A stretch of 64,000 bases of DNA from Candidatus Pacebacteria bacterium CG_4_9_14_0_2_um_filter_40_15. GTDB lineage: Bacteria; Patescibacteriota; Microgenomatia; UBA1400; PJMF01. Within the stretch, counting starts at the first letter, position 1; the number at the start of each line of letters is the position of its first letter. The translations under genes were made by a program, and so were the position numbers. Of the stretch, positions 9,216 to 17,623 are shown one piece after another. The DNA lies in contig PFRS01000007.1 in the NCBI GenBank assembly GCA_002788675.1, positions 64,270 to 128,269 on the forward strand. Reading direction: 5' to 3'. The notes under the pieces were generated by a model, which saw only the letters and a program-made list of their open reading frames with translations, was not told where the DNA came from and searched no databases.

Positions 9216-10610
9216 TTATTCTCCTGCTTTCTCTGCTGCTCTCCAGGTGTTCCAGTTGGTAGCTTTTTCGTATGCATCGGCAACTTGGATGACGGTTTCT
9301 TCTTTCCACATTGGAGCGACGATGTTCATTCCTAAAAAGAGGTTTGTCTCTGGGTCGCGATAACAGGGCACGCTAATGCCGGGAAGACCACTAATTGAAC
9401 TTGGTTCGAGCAGCATATCTTCGAGTTCTCCAAACATGGCTTCACCTTCAGTAGCGCCAATTTTCTTGGCATACCCTGGTGAAGTGAGTGAAATAAGTAC
9501 ATCATAGGTTTCAAAAAGTTTGTTGTAGTCTTGAATGTAGAGTGAACGTACTTTTTGAGCAGTATTATAGTACTGGTCTGAGTAGCCTTTACTGAGTGTG
9601 TAGGTACCCAGCATAATTCTGCGTTTGGCTTCAGCACCAAAGAACGAACGATCGTTGCCGTAGCGAATGCCATCATAGCGACCCAAGTTACTGCTCACTT
9701 CTCCACGCTGCACTACGGTATAGACGCTGATGGCGTAGTGAGGGTCCATAGCTTCGACTTTTTCGACCGTTGCTCCAAGTTTTTTGAAAACTTCTAGCTC
9801 TTTGGCTAGATGGGCGTTGCTTTCTTCAAGACCTTCAATAGAGTGATAGACGTAGCCAATTTTGAGGCCTTTAATTGATTTTCCAATTGCTTGAGTGAAA
9901 TCTGGGACGGAAACGTCGGCAGTGGTGCCATCGTATTTGTCGTGACCGGCCATATGATTGAGTAACAGGGCTGCGTCCTCGACTGTTTTAGTCATTGGTC
10001 CTGGGCTGTCTGTTGAAGATGCCATGGCAACGACACCATAGCGACTGCAGCGGCCATAGGTTGGTTTGAGGCCAACAATGCCACACCATGCGGCTGGCTG
10101 ACGGATAGAGCCGGCTGTTTCGGTTCCAAGTGCTGCAATAGCCATATCCGCGGCAACTGCAGCGGCACTTCCACCACTTGAGCCACCGGGAAGGTGATTT
10201 GTGTTGCGTGGATTGAGTGTGCGACCGTATTGTGACGTTTCGGTTGAAGATCCATGTGCCCAAGCGTCGAGATTTGTTTTTCCTAGGATGCTGGCTCCAG
10301 CTTTTTTGAGGTTGGCTATAACGGTGGAGTCGTAGGGAGGTACAAAGGTATCGAGTACTGTTGAAGAAGCAGTGGTGCGAATGCCTTTGGTGCAGTAATT
10401 ATCTTTTACTGCAATCGGAATACCGCGAAGGGCTGCCTCACTTCGCTGTGCAGCTTCTTCAGCCGAAGCTGTATTTACCGTGAGGTAGACATTAAGTGTT
10501 TCATTTTTTTCGGCTACAGCTGCGTGAAGGTCTTTGTGCAACTCTTCAAGCGTAATTTCTTTTTTTTCAAGCAGGTCTAAAACCTGAGTGAGTGTCTTTT
10601 TTGCTAGCAT
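9216..10610 (-). CDS. gatA: Glutamyl-tRNA(Gln) amidotransferase subunit A (amidase signature family)
   Basis: Amidase signature GGSSGGSAAAVAA. Start ATG at 10610, two nt after the gatC stop. The upstream Met at 10670 would overlap gatC. Confidence 0.9.
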   Translation of the reverse strand: MLAKKTLTQVLDLLEKKEITLEELHKDLHAAVAEKNETLNVYLTVNTASAEEAAQRSEAALRGIPIAVKDNYCTKGIRTTASSTVLDTFVPPYDSTVIANLKKAGASILGKTNLDAWAHGSSTETSQYGRTLNPRNTNHLPGGSSGGSAAAVAADMAIAALGTETAGSIRQPAAWCGIVGLKPTYGRCSRYGVVAMASSTDSPGPMTKTVEDAALLLNHMAGHDKYDGTTADVSVPDFTQAIGKSIKGLKIGYVYHSIEGLEESNAHLAKELEVFKKLGATVEKVEAMDPHYAISVYTVVQRGEVSSNLGRYDGIRYGNDRSFFGAEAKRRIMLGTYTLSKGYSDQYYNTAQKVRSLYIQDYNKLFETYDVLISLTSPGYAKKIGATEGEAMFGELEDMLLEPSSISGLPGISVPCYRDPETNLFLGMNIVAPMWKEETVIQVADAYEKATNWNTWRAAEKAGE

Positions 10611-10611
10611 A

Positions 10612-10914
10612 TTAATCCTGATCAATAATTCTTGGTACGACGACAAACCCTTCATGAGTTTGTTTGGCATTTGCTAGGGCTTGTTCTTGGGTAAGCATGT
10701 GGTCGGTATCGACAACGTCTTCACGTAAAATATTTTCAAGACCCGTTACCTGGTGGGTAGGTTCAACATGAGAAGTATCGACCGATTGCAGGTTTTGTAC
10801 AACAGCAAGTGTTTCTTCAAATGCTTGAGCCAGATCTTTCTTTTCCTCATCTGAAACAGGAATTGAAGCTAGATTGGCAATGTGTTGTACCTGAGCTGGT
10901 GTAATAGTGCTCAT
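10612..10914 (-). CDS. gatC: Asp/Glu-tRNA(Asn/Gln) amidotransferase subunit C
   Basis: MSTITPAQVQHIANLASIPVSDEEK is typical of GatC. An AAAGGG RBS lies 6 nt upstream of the ATG at 10914. Confidence 0.85.
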   Translation of the reverse strand: MSTITPAQVQHIANLASIPVSDEEKKDLAQAFEETLAVVQNLQSVDTSHVEPTHQVTGLENILREDVVDTDHMLTQEQALANAKQTHEGFVVVPRIIDQD

Positions 10915-10950
10915 ACGCCCTTTCTTCTTAGTATTTGACAGTACTTTTTT

Positions 10951-10981
10951 TGACACAAAAAAACGAGTCTGGGGACTCGTT
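10951..10981 (-). terminator. Rho-independent terminator on the minus strand (stem ACGAGTC/GACTCGT, loop TGGGG, then U7) between htpX and gatC
   Basis: 7-bp perfect stem at 10963-10981. Its complement on the minus strand is followed by TTTTTTT (plus-strand A-run at 10954-10960). Confidence 0.6.
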
Positions 10982-11080
10982 ACCGACACAAGCAACCGCC
11001 CCCACTTGGGATTAGCTTTGTTGCTCGTTTTGTTGATTATTAATTGTCATTTCGTGTTTGTATAATACCACACCAGTTAA

Positions 11081-11992
11081 TTATTGTGAGCTACCTGTTG
11101 CTAGGTTTCGCAGAATTGAAATTCTTTCTTCAAGCGGTGGATGTGTCATAAAGAACTTTGCGAACGAGACTTTGGTATTTTTAAGCGGATTAACAATATA
11201 GAGGTGAGCTGTAGCTTTGTTTGCTGCTTCAAGTGGCTCACGATCTCCGCCCAGTTTTTCGAGTGCGCGGGCAAGCCCTTCTGGATTTTTGGTCATGGCT
11301 ACTCCACTAGCATCTGCTAGGTATTCTCGTTTTCTGGAAATTGCTAACTGAATGAGTTTTGCAATAAGTGGTGAAAGTACAGCCATAAGCACTGCCGCTA
11401 CCATGAGTAGTACTTGCACTTGGCCTTCTCCACTGGATTTGCGATCGCGATGTCCATAGAGCCTTGACCTGAGTAACATGTCAGAAAAAAGAGCTAAAAA
11501 ACCTACCAAAATAGTTACCACCGACATAAGGCGAATATCATAGTTTTTTATGTGCGAGAGTTCATGGGCAACAACGCCTTCAAGTTCAGGACGTTCCAGT
11601 CGAGCCAATATCCCCGTTGTACAGCAAATCACCGCATGTTCAGGATCCCGACCAGTTGCAAAGGCATTCATGGCTGTATCTTCGATTACGTATAATTTAG
11701 GCACAGGCAATTGCTGACTATGAGCTAGATTCTCGGCTACAGTGTAAAAATCAAAAAACTCTTCACGAGTGGCTTCTCGAGCGCCAGAAATGGTAAGAAT
11801 AACTTTGTCTGACCACCAGTAAGATGAAAAAGAGATGACTCCCGACATAATTAATGCGATGCCCACAATGTCGAGACCGTAGCCAAAACCTTCAGCCATA
11901 AGCCAAGTTACGCCTACCACAAATGCCACAAATAGGATACTAATAAGGTTTGATTTAAGTTTATTTTGAGCGACTAACTGATAGTGTGTCAT
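11081..11992 (-). CDS. htpX: Membrane zinc metalloprotease HtpX (M48 family)
   Basis: HEXXH motif HELSHIKNYD, N-terminal TM helices, 303 aa. Confidence 0.85.
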   Translation of the reverse strand: MTHYQLVAQNKLKSNLISILFVAFVVGVTWLMAEGFGYGLDIVGIALIMSGVISFSSYWWSDKVILTISGAREATREEFFDFYTVAENLAHSQQLPVPKLYVIEDTAMNAFATGRDPEHAVICCTTGILARLERPELEGVVAHELSHIKNYDIRLMSVVTILVGFLALFSDMLLRSRLYGHRDRKSSGEGQVQVLLMVAAVLMAVLSPLIAKLIQLAISRKREYLADASGVAMTKNPEGLARALEKLGGDREPLEAANKATAHLYIVNPLKNTKVSFAKFFMTHPPLEERISILRNLATGSSQ

Positions 11993-12033
11993 GGACGACA
12001 GCTTTCACTTACTTAGGTAACAATTCGAAAATC

Positions 12034-12621
12034 TTAGAGTTTAACTTCTGGATCTTTCATTTCTGATGTTGAAACACTCATGTGTTCACCGCTGGTTGGA
12101 GTGTCAATTCCTTTCTCAGGTTTGAAACCAAAGATTCCAGCAACAATACTAGATGGGAAGACCACTAGTTTTTGATTGAAATTCTGAGTAAGATCAATGA
12201 CTGTTCGGCGAGCATACATAAGTTTGTCGGCTGTGTCGGTAAGTTCACTCATGAACTTGCCAATGGTTTGATCAGATTTAAGTTCAGGGTTACTCTCAAC
12301 AAGAATTTGCATTTTTGGAACCATCTGAGCAATTTTTGAAGCTGCTGACTCAATGTCTGCAGCAGAACCACTTTCTTGAGCTGCTTCAACAGATTTGCGA
12401 GCATCTGTAAGCATCTGGTAGATGTCTTTTTCTTGCTTAAGATGTCCTTTAACTGCTGCTTGCAGATTAGGGATAAGTGAAGCCTGTCGTTTAAGTTGGT
12501 TGCCAATTTCTTGAATACTTGCGGTGATTTGTGTTTTAAGGATTTGTAGTCCGTTGTAGACAGAAATAACATAGACTGCTGCCCCAACTACCAAAATTCC
12601 AATTAAAAGTCCTGATTGCAT
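12034..12621 (-). CDS. lemA: LemA family membrane protein
   Basis: N-terminal TM followed by the LemA-like NGLQILKTQI...IPNLQAAVKGH region. It forms the classic lemA-htpX pair. Confidence 0.75.
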   Translation of the reverse strand: MQSGLLIGILVVGAAVYVISVYNGLQILKTQITASIQEIGNQLKRQASLIPNLQAAVKGHLKQEKDIYQMLTDARKSVEAAQESGSAADIESAASKIAQMVPKMQILVESNPELKSDQTIGKFMSELTDTADKLMYARRTVIDLTQNFNQKLVVFPSSIVAGIFGFKPEKGIDTPTSGEHMSVSTSEMKDPEVKL

Positions 12622-12705
12622 ACTTACCTTTCGAATACGTAATTCATAACGTAGGCCTATTCTACACTATATTTATATTCTGTGCAGGATTATTGGCTTT
12701 TGTGC

Positions 12706-12734
12706 TTGGCAAGCCATGCATAATACAGTATAAT
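12706..12734 (+). promoter_or_regulatory. Sigma70-type promoter for tRNA-Asp (TTGGCA -17 nt- TATAAT)
   Basis: -35 TTGGCA at 12706-12711 and -10 TATAAT at 12729-12734, with a 17-nt spacer, about 25 nt upstream of the mature tRNA 5' end. Confidence 0.55.
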
Positions 12735-12759
12735 TTGATCTCGTTAACAGATATTTAGT

Positions 12760-12835
12760 GGCCCCGTGGTGTAGTGGTTAACATGTCTCCCTGTCACGGA
12801 GAAGACCACCGGTTCGAGTCCGGTCGGGGTCGCCA
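12760..12835 (+). tRNA. tRNA-Asp (anticodon GTC), CCA encoded
   Basis: Manual cloverleaf: acceptor GGCCCCG/CGGGGTC, anticodon stem TCTCC/GGAGA, loop CTGTCAC, T-loop GGTTCGAGTCC, discriminator G, then CCA. Confidence 0.85.
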
Positions 12836-12847
12836 AGCAAAGAAAAT

Positions 12848-12872
12848 GAATCCATCAGGATTCTTTTTTTTT
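12848..12872 (+). terminator. Rho-independent terminator after tRNA-Asp (GAATCC-atca-GGATTC, then T9)
   Basis: 6-bp perfect stem followed by TTTTTTTTT. Confidence 0.7.
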
Positions 12873-13424
12873 GCTTGATGGTCACAGAGCTGAAGTGTGC
12901 CTTAGGTTCCGCCAGCAAGAAGTGAGCACCTGCGAACTTCCTGCTTAGTGCATGTGAGCTTCCTAACGAAGAAATAAATAGTAGCGAATCGTAGAGTCCG
13001 TTCTAGTTCTCCAGGTTTATTTTTCAATTCCTCATCCAATTTTCATTTTTTTGTAGACCTATAGCGCATTTTACAATAATTTGATATAATATCGGCCGTT
13101 ATGTGATTTGGTTCTGCCAGTCTAAATAACGTGGCTCATTAAAAAATTCTGTAGAGAGTTATCTATGCATATATTTTTGAAACGTATTACTGCTGAGGAT
13201 TTTTAATTCTTGAGCGCTAGTACTTTTTCATATGTGTGTGCGTAGATCGTCTCTCTACAAGTTATACATACTTACTCTTCTATTTCTGAGTATTTAGTTG
13301 GTGACTAATTGTGTTTTTTTGTAAGAACCTGGTTAGTCATCAACTAAAACTGAATTTATTGGTTTTAGTGGCGAGCGCCACGATGACATTTATTTTTTTC
13401 AGATTTCAGAATATAGGAGAAACA

Positions 13425-14309
13425 ATGGCAATCCAACATTATCCAGGTGGTAACAGAAGTAACTACGACATGATCCGTTCTTTCACTCCCAGCGGTAGTA
13501 TGACTACCTTTTGGGCTATTGATAAAGCAACGGGCCAGTTGGTTCGGATGCTCCGTTGGGGCAACGAGATTTATTTGCCCGTTTATGACGGAATGGAAAT
13601 AGGTCTTTGTGTCCACAACGGCAGCAATGTGTGGCGGGCTTACCCCACCTACATTGAAGCAAAGAACCTGTGGGACGATGGTCCCTCCCAGCCGGAGTAT
13701 TGCGATACTGATCACATGTGGGAAGTGGGTCCAGGACGAAATCAGACGATGGACAAATTGATGAATCCCTACACAAATGAAGGGCGACCGCTTATCGTAA
13801 CTGAGTCCGGTTTTGGAAACACTGTCGGCGAATCCACATTTGGCACTGATGCCTATCGTGGGCAAATCCGATTGTATGAACGTCTCCAGTTTGGCGGTGG
13901 CTATCAACAGCGCCGACAAGAAAACCAAGGTTATTCGCAAGATGACACTTTGGAAAGTCTGGATGGTCAAGTGTATGCAATGGGTGATCCAGTATCGAAA
14001 GATGTGTTGCGTGGCGGCAGCGGCCGTGCCGGCATTGGTGCTGGCCAGGCAGTGCGGCAGGATTACGGCGACACTGGTGTGCAGTATCAGCCCAACGCCC
14101 AACCTGTTATTACGCTTCGCGTAGAGTATCGGCGGGATTTACAGCCGATGCTGAACGTGGCGTGGGCAAACACGCCGTGGAGCTGGTACGAGCCAATCCC
14201 ATCCGGGAATTGGTGGAACGAACCGTGGAGCTGGCGTCAGGCCCCTCGCACTTCTCCGCAGATTCCGGTTATTCAGCCGCACAACCCGAATCGCCGGCGT
14301 CGTTATTAG
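13425..14309 (+). CDS. Orphan hypothetical protein (294 aa), compositionally anomalous. It has weak clan GH-A-like motifs (GNEI at about residue 46, TESGFG at about residue 127) and a Trp-rich C-terminal tail with a repeated PWSW motif.
   Basis: A strong RBS (AGGAG, 7-nt spacer) precedes the ATG at 13425. The 3' half is about 60% GC against a background of about 40%. No similarity to a named family was recognised. An alternative GTG start at 13311 would add a hydrophobic N-terminal segment. Confidence 0.5.
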   Translation: MAIQHYPGGNRSNYDMIRSFTPSGSMTTFWAIDKATGQLVRMLRWGNEIYLPVYDGMEIGLCVHNGSNVWRAYPTYIEAKNLWDDGPSQPEYCDTDHMWEVGPGRNQTMDKLMNPYTNEGRPLIVTESGFGNTVGESTFGTDAYRGQIRLYERLQFGGGYQQRRQENQGYSQDDTLESLDGQVYAMGDPVSKDVLRGGSGRAGIGAGQAVRQDYGDTGVQYQPNAQPVITLRVEYRRDLQPMLNVAWANTPWSWYEPIPSGNWWNEPWSWRQAPRTSPQIPVIQPHNPNRRRRY

Positions 14310-14450
14310 TATTGTTAATTTGTAGCTCGCAGTAGCGAGAGAGACGATAGCCAAGTAGGGATACATTGTTTGCGAATGCAAATAGTGAATTCTTGCTTGG
14401 CTTTTCTCTTTTATTTTGCATTCAGATACAATAATAGAACTTGAGTCAAT

Positions 14451-14494
14451 CCTATAGTAATTGATTATTTTCATTATTTGAGATATACTATAGG
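14451..14494. repeat. 9-bp inverted repeat CCTATAGTA-N26-TACTATAGG upstream of the lipoprotein gene
   Basis: Perfect reverse-complement arms, 75-115 nt upstream of the start at 14568. Possible operator. Confidence 0.35.
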
Positions 14495-14567
14495 TTCAGG
14501 TATGTATCTAGCAAATCAAGGCAATAGTGCCAAATAATTTGTTAGGTATGTGCAAAGGCAGTTTAAA

Positions 14568-14996
14568 ATGAAATATTTCTTATTGATGGTTTTGATCTTC
14601 ACCCTGGTCACTGGTTGTGCTATCTCTGAGGCTCCAGTTGAAGTCCCAGATAGCCCACGGCCAACAGCAGATTTAAACGGAATCCCAGTGCCAGCCACCG
14701 TGGCTCCAACACACCTTACAGCGGTGAAAAATGAAAGTTTTTCTCTGCCAGTTGGTGGCAAGTTGCTTGTCAGCACTGGTATGAAGATAATTTTCGATCA
14801 AGCTGTAGATATCCGAGCTGAAACAGCTGGTGATGGCCTTTTGATCACATCATGTGATCCAATCGATAAAGGAACAGAATTAGTCTCCGGTGGCGCGAGT
14901 GGTGGTAAGGACACTAGTTGTCACTCAATTGATTCGGGTGAAGGATACATTTTCATCTGGGCTCAAAAAGAGCCCGTCACAGGTCATGTCGAATAG
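14568..14996 (+). CDS. Putative lipoprotein (signal peptide with lipobox LVTGC)
   Basis: MKYFLLMVLIFTLVTGC N-terminus. An AAGG RBS precedes the ATG at 14568. The upstream ATG at 14550 was rejected. Confidence 0.6.
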   Translation: MKYFLLMVLIFTLVTGCAISEAPVEVPDSPRPTADLNGIPVPATVAPTHLTAVKNESFSLPVGGKLLVSTGMKIIFDQAVDIRAETAGDGLLITSCDPIDKGTELVSGGASGGKDTSCHSIDSGEGYIFIWAQKEPVTGHVE

Positions 14997-15013
14997 AATA
15001 AACTGCAAAATCT

Positions 15014-15046
15014 AAAAACAGGTTGCGAAAGTGACCTGTTTTTTTA
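15014..15046. terminator. Bidirectional rho-independent terminator (AACAGGT-loop-ACCTGTT, then T7) between the lipoprotein gene and the MFS gene
   Basis: 7-bp stem flanked by an A-run upstream and TTTTTTT downstream. Confidence 0.65.
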
Positions 15047-15057
15047 TACTTAAAAAC

Positions 15058-16221
15058 TTATTTTTTCACCGTTCTGAATGCGTACACCCCAGTAAACATC
15101 AGAACCGCTCCCAGAACCGCGGTCACCGTATGCACCGAATAAAAGTCCATTAAATATCCAATTCCAAACGCTCCAAGTACATAGGGAATGTTTGAAAACA
15201 TACTGTACGAAGACAAAGCAGTTGCTCGGTACTTAGAGTCAGTCGTGGCATTTATAGCATTACTTGCAGAGTTACCAAATATTTCAATTAATCCATTTCG
15301 AGATGCAATTAAAATAGTTCCAGCCAAGATTCCTAAGTAAGGAACGAGTAACATAGTTAGAGCAATCAAAATTGCAGCAAAAATAGTTGTATTTTGTTTT
15401 CCAAATCTTTTACTAAAGAAATTGGTGGTTTGCCCTACTCCAGCAGAGACCAAATACATACTAAAAACAATAATTCCCAGCTGATCTGCATCCCAACCTT
15501 CAGCGACTAATTGCGCATCAATAAGCACATGTCCATTTATTATGACGATCATTGTTAAGGCAATGAGTAAAAGATTTTGAATTTTAATAGCTTTAGTTTT
15601 AAAGAGTTCTCTCACACCTTCTTTTGTTTGTTTAATGTAGTTTTTCCAGGTGAAGACGTAGCTATCGACTGGTGGTTCGGTAAGGAAAAATCCTAGTGAT
15701 AAGGCGAAAATCTTTGTAACTGCTAAAGCTGTGTAGGGTAACCCAGGGCTAATCTTATACATATAGCCACCAATAATGCTCGTTATGGCCAGCGTTAACA
15801 TTTTTATTGAAGAAATATTACCCAGGACTTTCTCATACTTCGATTCTTGTTTGATTGACAGTAATGAATCATATATCAAGGCTTCATTAGTGCCAGATGT
15901 GAGAGTACCTCCAATATTAAGAATGAACAAGCCAATTGAAAGTATTAAGAAAGTAGGTGCATTTCCTAGTATAAAGTATCCAATGCTGCCAATTGCTAAT
16001 GCTAATAAAAGCGTCTTTTTTTTGCCTAACATGTCAGCAATGGCACCTGTGGGAATTTCACCAACTACCATAGTAATAATCATGATGGATTCCAGTAAGC
16101 CAATTCCCGCATAATTCGTATATCTCAAATAAAAAAGCACCCAAATTGCCGCCCAAAACCAGCTATAGTCCAAAGCTGTGATGAGGTACATTAGCCAGAT
16201 ATTTCTTTTCTGTTTGTGCAT
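15058..16221 (-). CDS. MFS-type transporter
   Basis: 387 aa, about 12 predicted TM helices, typical MFS architecture. Confidence 0.65.
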   Translation of the reverse strand: MHKQKRNIWLMYLITALDYSWFWAAIWVLFYLRYTNYAGIGLLESIMIITMVVGEIPTGAIADMLGKKKTLLLALAIGSIGYFILGNAPTFLILSIGLFILNIGGTLTSGTNEALIYDSLLSIKQESKYEKVLGNISSIKMLTLAITSIIGGYMYKISPGLPYTALAVTKIFALSLGFFLTEPPVDSYVFTWKNYIKQTKEGVRELFKTKAIKIQNLLLIALTMIVIINGHVLIDAQLVAEGWDADQLGIIVFSMYLVSAGVGQTTNFFSKRFGKQNTTIFAAILIALTMLLVPYLGILAGTILIASRNGLIEIFGNSASNAINATTDSKYRATALSSYSMFSNIPYVLGAFGIGYLMDFYSVHTVTAVLGAVLMFTGVYAFRTVKK

Positions 16222-16388
16222 GGTGTAATTTTAGCATGAGAGATGGTGATTTTATGGACCTTCTTAGGTACTATTTTATGAAATTTTTGCATTATAAATT
16301 GCTTGTCAATACATAAGTCTCATGCATTGTGTTTGAGTTACTCTGGATGTTAAGCTTTCCCCTGTGAACGTATGTATAAAGGATTTAA

Positions 16389-16940
16389 ATGCTTAGAAAG
16401 TGGAAATTACTTAGTTCAAAAATCGGATATTCTCATCCATTTTTTAAAGTACGGGAAGATCACGTTATTACACCAACGGGGCTAGAGATTAATGATTATA
16501 CTGTCTGGGAAAGTGGCGATGTGGCGCAAGTTATTCCGGTATTACCTAATGGAAAATTATTGCTTGTTGAACAATACAAACATGGTTTGGGAGAAATGAT
16601 TGTGGAATTTCCCGGTGGTTTTATTGAAAATGCTGAATTGCCGGAAGTTGCAGCATTCAGAGAGTTATCGGAAGAAACTGGATACACAAGTACAGACGTT
16701 CATAAACTTGGTACATTTATTCATCATCCCACCAAAGAGTCAGGAAAACTCCATTTGTATGTAGCTAAAAATATTCAAAAGCAAGCAAAAAAATTAGCTC
16801 ACGATTCTACTGAAGACATACGCTTGCTAAGTGTTGGTTCTGATGAACTATTTAAAAAAATACAGTCTGGGGAAGTTCTCCAATCTGGATCGATGTTAGG
16901 ATTATTGCTTTATTTACAAGAGGAACAAAATGCTCATTGA
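16389..16940 (+). CDS. NUDIX hydrolase (ADP-ribose/NDP-sugar pyrophosphatase-like)
   Basis: Nudix box GGFIENAELPEVAAFRELSEETG. Confidence 0.75.
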   Translation: MLRKWKLLSSKIGYSHPFFKVREDHVITPTGLEINDYTVWESGDVAQVIPVLPNGKLLLVEQYKHGLGEMIVEFPGGFIENAELPEVAAFRELSEETGYTSTDVHKLGTFIHHPTKESGKLHLYVAKNIQKQAKKLAHDSTEDIRLLSVGSDELFKKIQSGEVLQSGSMLGLLLYLQEEQNAH

Positions 16941-17343
16941 GTATCTTCAACATGCTGACGAAGTCTACGTGGTTCTGCTTCGTGCTGGTTATCAAAGTAA
17001 ATCTGTAGATTTTTTCACCGAAGATGAAAATGAGATACAAATGGGCATGTTTTTAAGAAAAAAAGGCTATACAGTTGAGCCTCATAAACATGTGTGTCAG
17101 CCGTTTCAACTTACAACAATGCAGGAGTATATTTTGGTGAGATTTGGACAACTTAAAATGGATTTTTTCACTGATGCAGGTAAACTGTATAACTCAGTTA
17201 TTTTAAATACAGGAGATAGTGTTTTAACAATGAAAGGTGGTCATAGTATTACTTTTCTTGAAGAATCCTCAATATTGGAGATCAAGCAAGGTCCCTATGC
17301 GGAAAATAAGAAGGTATTTTTTGATTCTCACTCATCTCATTAA
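16930..17343 (+). CDS. WxcM/FdtA-like cupin protein (putative dTDP/NDP-4-keto-6-deoxy-sugar 3,4-isomerase domain)
   Basis: The EPHKH motif and small cupin size resemble the FdtA/WxcM isomerase family. It overlaps the NUDIX gene by 11 nt. Confidence 0.45.
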   Translation: MLIEYLQHADEVYVVLLRAGYQSKSVDFFTEDENEIQMGMFLRKKGYTVEPHKHVCQPFQLTTMQEYILVRFGQLKMDFFTDAGKLYNSVILNTGDSVLTMKGGHSITFLEESSILEIKQGPYAENKKVFFDSHSSH

Positions 17344-17401
17344 TTTTTGATTATATATAACGTGAATTATTACGGATTGGTGAAACTCGCCAACTCCCCT
17401 A

Positions 17402-17429
17402 TTCACATCTGGTGAATTTGTTTCTATAA
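17402..17429 (+). promoter_or_regulatory. Candidate promoter for tRNA-Thr (TTCACA -16 nt- TATAAT)
   Basis: TATAAT at 17424-17429, 22 nt upstream of the tRNA 5' end. Confidence 0.4.
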
Positions 17430-17451
17430 TACCCCAGTATTCTCAAAAAAT

Positions 17452-17524
17452 GCCGGGATAGCTCAGATGGTAGAGCGACGGTATCGTAAACCGTAGGTCT
17501 GGGGTTCGATCCCCCATCCCGGCT
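17452..17524 (+). tRNA. tRNA-Thr (anticodon CGT)
   Basis: Manual cloverleaf: acceptor GCCGGGA/TCCCGGC, D-stem GCTC/GAGC, anticodon stem ACGGT/ACCGT, loop ATCGTAA, T-loop GGTTCGATCC, discriminator T. Confidence 0.85.
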
Positions 17525-17623
17525 CAGTTCCTACAAAAGCCGAAAGTGCCATTTTAGATTTTTCAGATCTTGCTCGGCGGAGTTTCCCCTTGGACAAGTG
17601 ACGTAGTTTGCTATAATGGAGGC

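Noticed and set aside
9332-10263. 114-, 91- and 87-aa ORFs overlapping gatA
   Set aside because: Embedded in alternative frames of gatA, Cys/Trp/Arg-rich low-complexity translations, no RBS.
13365-14102. 245-aa minus-strand ORF and further antisense ORFs (13516-13776, 13792-13980) overlapping the orphan gene
   Set aside because: They are confined to the GC-rich 3' half of the plus-strand gene, where stop codons are rare in all frames. They have no RBS and show low-complexity Arg/Cys/His-rich translations typical of shadow ORFs.
12836-14567. Integrated mobile element at tRNA-Asp with att direct repeat
   Set aside because: No integrase, recombinase or transposase ORF, and no repeat of the tRNA-Asp 3' end found downstream. 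Only the compositional anomaly remains, reported as a finding.
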